This document shows positions 52,888-64,000 of a DNA stretch of 64,000 nucleotides, piece by piece. Below the pieces are notes generated by a model that worked only from the letters and a program-made list of their open reading frames with translations, ran no database searches and had not been told where the DNA came from. The position numbers were made by a program, and so were the translations under genes. Each line of letters begins with the position of its first letter. Positions within the stretch are counted from its first letter, which is position 1. Source of the stretch: the human T2T-CHM13v2.0 reference genome, Homo sapiens; NCBI RefSeq assembly GCF_009914755.1, contig NC_060928.1. One strand, given 5' to 3'.

Positions 52888-53975
52888 AATGAGTTTATTT
52901 TCTGCCACAGTCTGAGCTACTCGCACCAATTGAATTGGAGGCTTAAAGAAAACTATTTGTATTTGATCCCAAATATTGCTGGATTTAAATTTTTATTACA
53001 TAAATTTTAATAAAATTTTTGATAAATAGTTGGAATTCAAGTGTAAAAATAAAAAGAACGTCACAATTAAAACTAAACTAAATGTTGCAGAGATTCAAGA
53101 CATTGAACTTGCTAATAATCATGCTATCTATCAAATTAAGTGTGGGCAAAATGATTGAAAAAATAATCAAGAATAAAATGTTTTAAATTATCCTATTTTT
53201 AAAAACTATTCTTTGTGTTAATAAATGTTTTTAGGCTCAAAATCTTAAAAGAACTCTAAAAATGGAAATAAGTGATTCATCACAGTTATGTTAATGTAAA
53301 TATGTTCCACAGAATAATCAGTAAAAAGAAAAGACTCAATGAAAAACAAAAACAACGATAACGAAAAGCCTTTGAATTATATTAATTGTTTGGCAAATTA
53401 ATACTCTATTAAAATTGAAAGAAAAAAGCGTTTAATTATTAGTTTTAAATATTAGTTTTTTATGTCTCCATGCCCTATTTACCTTTTTTGACTAATCAAC
53501 CTCCTATAGTTCCTGATCCTGTTGGTTAAAAGTCTTCTATTATAGCAAAGATGGATAATTCTATTCAATGAAAACCAAAAATTATGTTTTTCTTATAATG
53601 GTAGCTAGTGGGTTCTAAATTATCTGGGATTTACCCTGGGAATTGTAGCTTTGCTTATTCATTCTTTAATGTGAAAACTAGGATGAAAGTTATGTTAGAT
53701 CCTAGTTTTTAAGAAGTTTCAATTATTTGACTTTGAAATAAAGAAGATCTTAAAGCCTTTTCTAAACTACTTGGCATGACCTCCTGTAGCTCCATTGGAA
53801 AACTTCAAAACCTTGGTTACTTAATATTGGCACTGGAAAAACTATCTCTCTACAGTTTATCCCAAATACTGAAGGTATAGTCATGTGCCTACCTATTTTT
53901 TACTTACTTAATTTTAAAGAATTTGTAAGCATCAGTCAAAAAACAATTTCCAATATTGGTTAAAATATGTCCAGA

Positions 53976-54269
53976 GGCTGGGCACAGTGGCTCATACCTG
54001 TAATCCCAGCATTCTGAGAGGCTGAGGCAGGCAGATTATTTGAGGTCAGGAGTTTGAGACCAGCTTGGCCAACATGGCAAAATCCCCATCTCTACAAAAA
54101 ATACAAAAAATAGCCAGGTGTGGTGGTGTGCGCCCTTGGTCCTAACTACTTGGGAGACTGTGGTGGGAGGATGGCTTAAGCCTGGGAGGCAGAGGTTGCA
54201 GTGAGCTGAGATTGTGCCATTGCACTCAGCTTGGGCTATAGAATAAAACCCTGTTTCAAAAAAAAAGAA
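53976..54269 (+). mobile_element. Alu, AluJ/early S
   Basis: Full dimer with A tail. Confidence 0.95.
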
Positions 54270-55756
54270 GTCACAGAACACTGTTCCCAATAGGGTGTAG
54301 GAAAGGGAAAAATGACAACAAAACTCTTCAATACTATCACGTAATACTCATTTTTTCTATTATTTTTATTTTCATGTTTTGTTTTTTATTTTTTTCCTGG
54401 TTAAAATATTATTCAGCCAGCTTTACCTCATTGTTTTGATGTAAACTGGATATTCTGTTACTAAGAACTTTGCTTAAAAATTGGGATGTAACGTAATTTT
54501 CATTCTAATTTTCACATTGAGGAATGAATAAGCAAAGCTACGATTCCCAGGATAATTTAGTTTATTTTGTTATAAAGTACTAGAATGTCTGGGCAGCATA
54601 AAATTACACAAGCAAACTTCAGTGTTGATGCATTGATTTGTGGATGATTTCTCAGAAGCAAGTGCAGCTAAAGCAGGGAAACTAAACCACCACCAGTTAA
54701 TCCAGAATTGAATTTCTAAGAAATATAGAATCTGGATTTCTAAAAGTTTGAAAATACATTTATATAGGCTATAAGTAGCTTTTCAGTGACAGCTAATATC
54801 TCATAAGGAAAGAGCCTAGAGTAGTATCCCCAAAGTCTTCCTCTAATGCTATTGCTAACCTGAATTTCCCAGTGTTTGATGTTAATATACTTTAAATTAA
54901 TTTTAAACTAGTGAAGTTTCCAGTGTCCTTAGGGTCCTGATACCTTCAATATCTCTCTTGAAGCTGGCAGCTTCAATTCATTTGAAATTACTTGACATCA
55001 CTTATGAAAAGTCTTTGAAGTAATTCAGCCTTGACTCAGACTGAATCTACTCTGAAGTTAAAAAAAAGAAAACAAAACACAATTTTCTAAATCTCTTTTT
55101 TAGTTTGACTTTGTCATCTTCCTTTTTGTTTAGAACTTCTGAATCAGAGTTTCATTTGATCAAATAACTTGTGACCCATTTTTACACTGCAATTAATCTA
55201 CTTGCTGGAAACGGATGTAATCTGAAAAATCATAGGCATTGTAAGTTTTGGATACTCCTCATATGATATTTGATATTTAAGGTCACTGTTTTATTATAAT
55301 TAATCATCAAAAATTAAATGTATTCAAGTATTCCCAGATATTATACATATAGGACACTAAATGATTTTGAAGTGACTTTTAAAAAATTCTATATACATCG
55401 ACAGTATATACTTGGTTAGAACCAAACAACAAGAATGTATTAGAGCATATAGCTTGTTTCCTGGGCTACCATAGAGACTGAACATTACAGATCATCCATG
55501 TATCATACAGAATTGTTTCACTGCCATAAAAAACTCCTGTGTTCTGCCTATTCATCTCTCTCTCAATCTAACTCTTGCACCAACCACTAGCACACACAAA
55601 TGTCCTGAATGTGGGAAGAAACAAGTAAATATGTTCTGAGTAAAATTGATATGACCTATTATTATAAGCATTATAATGCACTTATTTAAAACTGTCCGGT
55701 TAACTTAATAAGATGGAACAATCTGCTAATTATTTCTGCTAAGATACACATAAACT

Positions 55757-56058
<302 letters not shown>

Positions 56059-57129
56059 TACACATAACTAAAACATCACCATTTCTTTCAGTGGTTGTGA
56101 TAGGTAGTATTATCAATAAAAAATTATCTTAATAGTGCTCTTCTTAAAATAAAATACGCCTCTAAAATATCTGTTGCCAAAGAACAAAAGTCTCACTATA
56201 TGTAATATTATTACCATATAATAGTGTCTACCTAGCCAATGGTCTGCTTAATTTAAATAATGGTCAATTCACCAATATTTTCCAGGACAAAAACTTCTGA
56301 CAATTTACTATATCTGTCTAGTTAATATTATTTTCTCCTGCCACAAACCCCTACACTAAAATTGCAAAATCTAAAATAGCAGTAGTATCTTTACATATTT
56401 TTGCCACTGTGCTTTTTGGTATTGTTTACTACCCTGTAATTTCTGATGCTATCACTGAGGAATAGGGACAATGTTAGTGAGTCTGATTTGAGTCTTTTTG
56501 TCTGGACTAGGGGGCAGGTGGGTGGGGGAGGGCTGATTCTGTAAAAAAAATCCTGAAGCTAAGCAGAAGCCCAAACTGAGAGAGAAGGGACATAGTCTGA
56601 GATAGAAGTCATAGGTTAGACACCAGAGGTCCAGGGTTAAAAAAGTGCCCGTATGGAAATAGAATGGAAAGAAACAGAACATTTGGGAATGGAGAGGTTG
56701 GCTGTAAAACAGGTAGAGATGAGGCAACAGCATTTCCTAACAGGACAAAACTGGTTGATATCCAAATTCTGGAAGTGGTGTTCAATTGACTAAGCCTAGC
56801 GAGATTAAAAGTTGCAGACTATCTAAATACCCCTTTCAGAACCTGAATGAGTAAAAGTAATACCCTGACATATGCTTTCCATGGGACATAGTATGCTTTT
56901 TTTTATTTCTTTTTTTGAAATAGTGTTATCTCCTTTGGCAAAAGGAAACATTTCAGATTGAAATCCAACTAGAAAGGTACTTAAAAAAAAAAGGGCAAAA
57001 ACTTTATTTAATCATAACTACCCCCCTTCAGCCCAGCCTGTGATTATATAATAATAATAAATAGGTTTTGGGCTCATCAGGTAGTACCCAAGACAAAGCA
57101 CATTCGTTTTTGAAATTGAAGTCTTTCCT

Positions 57130-57770
57130 CTGATTATAATTTTTCAATATTCCTCAATACTATTAGCATGTTTTCCAAATTCCTAGAAAAATCTCAGCAT
57201 ATCATCATGGTCCGACATAATCTTGCCAATTTCTGTGTCCAGAACCTCATTTTCTACCACTGGCTCCATGACCATGCTCCAGCCACACCATCTTGCCTTT
57301 TATTCCTCAGACATGCCAAGTTCATTATTGGCTTGAGCCTTGGCATATGCTGCTTCCTCTCTGTGGAATTAATGCCTTTGGAACTGACTATGTCCATGTA
57401 TGACATTACACAATTTAGATCTCAATTCAAATAGATAATTTTCAGAGAGGCTTTTCATGACCCTTGTATCTGACTGGTTTCAGTACTTCTCTGTAAACCA
57501 CGTCTCTGTTTTGTACATTTACTAGCACTTATCATTTTCTTAAATTATCACATTTTTGGTTTACTGATGATTACTACTTAATTACTATTAAATATCAGAG
57601 ATGCAGTGTGTTTACTTTAGTGCTGTTTCTGAGTGCCTACATTAGCTGGGGAATGCTTAGATCTGTTCCTAGATCATAGGAGAATATGTGTGTTTTTGCA
57701 TGTGTGCATTTGTGTGTGTGTGTATTTATACATACATGAATAAATATAGATATAATTAATGAATTAAATC
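57130..57770 (+). mobile_element. L2 3' fragment
   Basis: catgctccagccacacc...ttcctcagacatgccaag...tcagagaggcttttcatgacc. Confidence 0.7.
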
Positions 57771-58177
57771 TCAGTGGCTTAACTCTTCTCATGTAAAACT
57801 GCAGACTCACTGGAGACTTTAACGTTTGTCAAGATTTCCATCAGATTCTGGATGCATTTTAAATGCAACTTCAAGGACAAACCAAGTACCTAGGCTCTTC
57901 TTTCCATTTTATTACTCATGTTGACCCTTTTGATATAGAACTCCTTGAGCTCTTACAAGCTGAAGACGCTCAAATTGCTTAGTAAATTTCTCTTTCATGT
58001 ATTTTCAGGAATCTCTGGTAAATGCATCCATGTTTCCCAAACCTGGCTTGTGGCCCTTTCTTGACTTGGCCAGCTACCTGGCTCACAATCACTGCTACTT
58101 GTTCTCTCAGAGGCCACACTACTCCCTTCTCCGAGGCTCATTCTCTGATTTCTATGAGGTTGCTACTCTTCAATTGC

Positions 58178-58353
58178 TTTTCTTTATTATTATTTTTATA
58201 CTTTAAGTTTTAGGGTACATGTGCACAATGTGCAGGTTAGTTACATATGTATACATGTGCCATGCTGGTGTGCTGCACCCATTAACTTGTCAGTTAGCAT
58301 TAGGTATATCTCCTAATGCTATCCCTCCCCCATCCCCCCACCCCACAACAGTC
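58178..58353 (-). mobile_element. L1PA3-like 3' end, ~175 bp, heavily 5'-truncated
   Basis: tatactttaagttttagggtacatgtgcacaatgtgcaggttagttacatatgtatacatgtgccatgctggtgtgctgcacccattaact is nearly identical to the young L1PA 3' UTR. Confidence 0.95.
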
Positions 58354-58679
58354 ATGTCTTAAATGCAGTCACAGAACAATCTATGAACTACCACAGCTCC
58401 AGGTGAGACCCCACCTTTAGTGGTACTTGAATTAAATTCAGGGAAGACCCAGGGAAACAGAGATGGACACACAGAGAGATGAATTGACAAATGCCATCGG
58501 ATGGAGCTTCTCTAACAGCCCATGGGGACACAGACCAAGAGATCATGGCTGGTATCTGTCAGCTTAGGAAGCATGCCTGCCTGGCCATTCCCAAGATCAT
58601 CCTATGTGACAACAATCAGCTTACTTTCCCCTTACAGAAGCATCTTTGAAAATGCCTAAGGAATTTTCTGGATCAACCT

Positions 58680-58810
58680 TTTTATAAAACAGTATTACTG
58701 AGATATAATTGACATACAATAAATAATACATATTTAAGTGTATAATTTGATGAGTTTGACTTATTAATTCTCCCACGAAGCCATCAGTATACTCAATATT
58801 TATAAGACAT
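58680..58810 (-). mobile_element. L1MB-type 3' end fragment
   Basis: ttactgagatataattgacatacaataaataatacatatttaagtgtataatttgatgagtttgac. Confidence 0.7.
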
Positions 58811-58971
58811 TTTAACATTAAAGTTTCAGCTTCAATGTCCCCTTCTCAGAGATGCATTCCCTCATACCCTTATCTCGATTTTAAACTGTGGCAGCTTTTT
58901 TCAAGTACTCTTTAAGAGTTAACATCCATTTTATTCAGAACTCTGAACACTATCTTAAAATTATCACATGT

Positions 58972-59013
58972 GTGTGGTTTTTGCCATTGAAAGTAATTGT
59001 ATAACACCAAATA
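58972..59013. mobile_element. MADE1 (Hsmar1-derived MITE) fragment
   Basis: tgtggtttttgccattgaaagtaat matches the MADE1 centre. Confidence 0.65.
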
Positions 59014-59364
59014 ATTGGCTCACAGTTCCGCAGACTGTACAGGAAGCAAGGCAGCATCTGCTTCTGGGGTGGTCTCAGGAAACTTACAATCATGGTGGAA
59101 GGAAAAGCGTGAGCAGGTGTCTGTCTTCACATGGCTGATGAAAGAGGAAGACAGAAAGGGGAGAGGTGCAATACACCTTTAAACAACCAGATCTCCTAAT
59201 AATTCACTCACTCACTATCATGAGTACAGCACCAAGAGGATGGTGCTAACCCATTCATGAGAACTCTGGCCCAGTGATCCAATCACCTCCCACCAGGGCC
59301 CACCTTCAACACTGGGGATTATATTCAACATGAGATTCGGTGGGGACAGATTCAAACCATGTCA
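59013..59364 (-). mobile_element. MSTA MaLR LTR, 3' end missing
   Basis: aattggctcacagttccgcagactgtacaggaagc...ctcaggaaacttacaatcatggtggaagg...tcaacatgagattcggtggggacagattcaaaccatgtca. Confidence 0.9.
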
Positions 59365-60050
59365 GGAGGTATCTATCACCTCAATAATTTATCCTTTGTG
59401 TTATAAACAATCCAATTTTATACTTTTAGTTATTTTAAAATATACAATTAAATTATTATTGACTATAGTCACCCTGTTTTTCTATCAAATACTAGATTTA
59501 ATTCATCCTCAGTATTTGTTTGTGCTCATTTGCCATTCCCAGTTCCCTCTCACCCTCCCTCATTACCCTTCCCAGCCTCTGGTAATCATCATTCTACTCT
59601 GTATTTCTATGAGTTTACTTATGTTGATTTTTAGCTCCCACAAGTAAGTGAGAACATACAAAATTTGTCTTTCTATGCCTGGCTTATCTCACTTAAAATA
59701 ATGACCTCTAGTTCCACTCATCCTGTTGCAAATGATAGGATCTCATTCCTTTTAATGGCTGAATAACACTTCAGTGTGTATATGTATCACATTTTCTTTG
59801 GAAGGTTGCTTCCAATCTTGGCTATTGTGAATCGTGCTGCAATGAACATATAATAGGAGTGCAGGTATCTCTTCAAAACACTGATTTCCTTTTTGGGGGG
59901 TACATACTTAGCAGTGAGATTGCTGGATCATATGGTAACTCTATTTTTAGTTTTTTAGGAACCTCCAAACTGTTGTCCATAGTGGTTGTACTAATTTACA
60001 TTCCCAACAACAGTGTACAAGGATTCCCTTTTTTCTGCATCCTTGCTAGA
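59365..60050 (-). mobile_element. L1MA2/3-type 3' region
   Basis: gtatctatcacctcaataatttatcctttgtgttataaacaatccaatt...gctcccacaagtaagtgagaacat...gattgctggatcatatggtaactctattttt. Confidence 0.88.
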
Positions 60051-60059
60051 TGTCTACTG

Positions 60060-63000
60060 TTTCAGTTTTAGCTTTTGTTTCCATGTTATATTTCAATTTG
60101 TAATCCATTTGATTAAATTTTTGTGAATGATGTAGTTTGTGAGTCTGTACCTAGATTTATTTCTTTTATCAAATGGATATCCCATTGTTCTTACACCATA
60201 TAATGAAAAGACTACCCTTTCTACGTTGAGTTGTCTTTAGTTCTTCTCAACGATCAGTAGACTATATTAGTGTGGATATCTTTTGAGGCTCTGTATTTTG
60301 TTCCATTCACCTATGTATCTATATGTTGCCAGTATCATGATATCTTGTAGCTTTATAGTAAATCTTGAAATTGAATAGTATGAGTCTTCCAGCTTGTTCT
60401 ACTTCATTAGTATTGTTTTGACTATCTTAAGTTGTTTGCCTTTTCATATAAACTCGACAATCAGCATGATGACATATGCAAAATATCTTGCTGAGGTATG
60501 ACTGGGATTACATTTAATCTGTAGATCAATTTGGGAAGAAATGCCATTTTAACATTATTGACTTGTTCAATCCATCAACATGCAATATACCTCTGTTTAG
60601 ATTTCCTTTTATTTGTGTCATCAGAATTTTACATTTTTCACATCAAGGTCATGCACATATTTTGTTATATGATTACTTAAGTATTACATTTTTGAGGCTA
60701 TTAAAATGGCATTATATTTAATCTCAAATTCCAATTCTTTGTTGCTGGTACGTAGAAAAATATTTTTTTTTTTTGCACTTAAACTTGCTATATCACTTCT
60801 TAATTCTGAGAGTATTTTCTTAATGGAATCTTTTGGAATTTTCCACTTAGCCAATCAGGTCATCTGTAGACAAAGTCAGTTTTATTTCTTCTTTTTTAAA
60901 TGGCATTATTTTCATTTATTTTCTTATCAAATTGCTCTAGCTAGGACTTCCAGTATGGTATGTGATAGGAGAGTAAGAGAAGACAGCTCGTCTCATTTTC
61001 AATCTTTGGAATACCATTAAATATGACATTAACTATAAGATTTTTGGGGGGTGTTCATTATTAAATTGAGGAATTTCACTTCTATTCCTAGTGTGCTGAG
61101 ATATTTTATTATAAATGAGTGTTGGATGTTGTCAAATGCTTTTGTCATACTTATTACATGATCATATGACTTTTTCTTCACTCTGTTGACAGAGTGGATT
61201 ATATTAATTTATTTGTGGAAGTTGAACCAGCTTTGCATATCTAGAATAGTTTTTACTTGCTTGTGGTGTACATTTTTTGTAAATTCTTGTATTTAGCTAA
61301 TTTTTTTTTTAAATTTTGCATCTCGAATTGAAAAGATATTGATTTTTAGCTTTCTTTTCTAAGTGATTTTCTTTTCTGATTTTAGTAGTAGGGCAATGCT
61401 GGTATCATTTCTTTCTTAAGTGTTTAAGTTTTTAATTGAATTCACCAGTTAAACCAACTGAGACATTTTTTTTAAATGTCAGTAATTATTGATTTAATTT
61501 TTTAGTAGATATACGTCTGTAGAAATTATTCACTTCTACTTGAGTATGTTTTGGAAGGTTTTGTCTTTCAGGGAATTGCTCAATTTTATCTAAGTTACCA
61601 AATTTGTAAGCACAGAGTTGTTCATGATATTTTTTATTATCCATTAAATGTCACTAGGATCAGTACTGATGATCCCTTTTTCCTTTTTGACAATGGTAAA
61701 TTGTGACTTACATCTTTTTTCTTGGTCAGCGTGGCTAGAGGTTTATCAATTTTATAGATGTTTTCAAAGAAGCAGCTTTTGGTTTTATTATTAATTTATA
61801 TTGCTGTTATATTTTAAATTACATTGATTTCAGCTCTATTTAAATTATTTATATTTTTCCTCTTTTGTCTTAAAGTGCTATTCTTCTCTCTAGTTTTCTA
61901 AGGTAGAAATACGTTATAAATTTTAGATTTTTCTTCTCTTCTTGTTTACACATTCAATGCTACATATTTCCTTCTAAGCATTGTTTTTGCTGCATCTCAT
62001 AAATTTTGATCCTATATTTTCATTTTCCTTTACTTCAAAACATATTTTTAATTAATCTTATCATTTCTTCTTTGCACATGTTTAAAAGTATGATTTTTAA
62101 TCTTCAAATATTTTGGAATTTTACAGTTATCTTTCTGTTACTAATTTCTAGTTTAATTCCATTGTTATCTAAGAATATACTTTGCATGATATCAATTTTT
62201 TTGAATTTGTTAATCTGTGGTTTATGTCCCAGAATATGTTCTACCTTGGTGAATGTTTTACGTTATGTTTCATTTCTATCAGTTTTTTTTTTTTTTTTTT
62301 TGCCTCACAGATTTTGATGCTTTGTTATTAGGTACACACAAGAGAATACATGCAAGTATTGACCTTTTCGTCACTATGTAGTGTTCCTTATTATCAGTCA
62401 TAATTTCCGTTTTTAAATGTCTACTTTGTCTGAACTTAATATAATCATTCCAGATTTATTTTGATAAGGGTTAACTAGCATGGCATTCCTTTCTCTATCT
62501 ATTTTCTTTGTCTGTTGATATTCAAATAGGTTCTTGGAGACAACATAAAGTTGGGTTTTATATTTTCATCTATTCTGAAAATCTGTATTTTTACTGGTAT
62601 ATCATGACCACTTACATTTAAAATGATTATAGGTTTACTATGTTTGTAACTATTTTCTATTTGTTGCATTTGCTGTTTGTTGTTTCTTCTCACTCTTGTA
62701 TTGCCTTCCCCCCTATTTCTATCTTCTCTGGATTTAATTGAATTTTTGGTATTATTCCATTTTATATGAGTTTTAGCTTATCAATATACAACATTTTGAA
62801 TTTTTAAATAGCTGTCCTAGAGTTTGCAATGTACATTTACAACTAATAAGTCCACCTTCAATTAACACTATTTATTACTTTATACAGTTATATTTTAGAT
62901 CACTTTGGGAATATGATACAATAAAAGGTATTTTATCTTTATTCCTCCTCTGATGATTTCCTTTCTTTAGTAAGTCTAAATTTCTATTATATATTACATT

Positions 63001-64000
63001 TTCTTCTCCAAGAATAAGTTCCTTTAAAAGTTATTGCATGGTAGATCTCCTGGAAATGAATTTTTTTAGTTTCCTTTGGTTGGAGAGAGACTTTATTTCT
63101 CCTTTATTTTGAAGAATAATTTCATTAAACATAAAATTCTAGTTTGGTATTTTGTTCTTACTATACTTTAAATATTTAACTCCACTCTCTTGCTGTCATG
63201 TTATCTTATGGGGAGTTTACTCTAATTATTATCTTTTTTCTTCTATAGTTAATGTCATCAGTCATCTACAGAGACTTTCTACAAAATATTCTACAAAGAT
63301 TTTTTTCCTTGCACTTGGTTTTCTACAATTTGAATATAATATGTCTAAATATAGACAGTTTGGTACTTAATCTGCTTGATGTTCTCTGAACATCCCAGAT
63401 TGGTGTTTCGATACCTATCATCAACTTCGTAAAATTTCCAGCCATTATTATTACATCAAGTATGTTTTCTGCTATGGTCTCATATATCTCTCTGGTATTC
63501 CAATTATATTAATGTTACACATTTTGAAATTGTCCTACAGTACTTGGATAGTTTGTTGTTGTTGTTGTTGTTTTCATTTATTTTTCTACTTTCATTTCAT
63601 TTTGGGATGTTTATTTTAATGTATCTTGAAAATCATTAATTCTTTTCTCAGCCATGCCCAATTTACTAATATGTCATTGAGTGGTACTCTTCAAACGTGT
63701 TACATTGTTTATGATTTCTAACATTTTCTTTTGATTTTTTCTTAGAGTTTCCCAGTCTCTGCTTACATTTCACATATGTTTCTGCATATTGTCTAATTTG
63801 TCCTTTAGAGCTCATATATTAATTATAGTTATTTAAAATTCCTTGTCTGATAATTCCAAAATCTGTGTCATATCTGAATCTGATCTGATACATGATTTGT
63901 CTCTTCGGTGTGTGGTTTCTTTCTTTACTTTTAGCATGACTTGTAATTTTTAGTCAAATGCTACATTTGATGTATTGGGTAAAAGCAACTCAGATAACAG
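60060..64000 (-). mobile_element. Long, old L1M (L1MC/MD-like) ORF2 to 5' remnant, running to the window end
   Basis: T-rich reverse L1 throughout (ctgtagatcaatttgggaagaa; ctagctaggacttccagta; gctagaggtttatcaatttt; cattcaatgctacatatttccttctaagcattg; ctgataattccaaaatctgtgtcatatctgaatctg). Confidence 0.85.

Overview
AT-rich, CpG-depleted primate genomic DNA, most likely human or ape given AluJ/S copies and an L1PA3-type fragment. It reads as intergenic or deep intronic sequence. I find no credible protein-coding region: the supplied ORFs fall in repeats, low-complexity tracts or AT-rich sequence and resemble no protein I recognise. Much of the window is interspersed repeat: 11 Alus, old L1M and L2 fragments, MIRs, two near-complete solo ERV1-class LTRs, MaLR LTRs, a decayed ERVL provirus with nested insertions, and the DNA transposons MER5, MER53 and MADE1. 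The best-supported non-routine items are (1) a full-length U13/SNORD13 snoRNA retrocopy with a target-site duplication (TSD) at 28967-29070, (2) a ~145 bp locally templated inverted insertion with microhomology junctions (25598-25743, copied from 27334-27491), (3) a ~130 bp non-tandem direct duplication (52308-52436 and 52757-52887), and (4) a multi-level nested LTR stack at about 43.5-47.9 kb. I see no evidence of a novel multi-gene system, CRISPR array or prokaryotic feature. Repeat subfamily names come from my recall of consensus sequences and need RepeatMasker/Dfam confirmation. Boundaries of old repeats are approximate.
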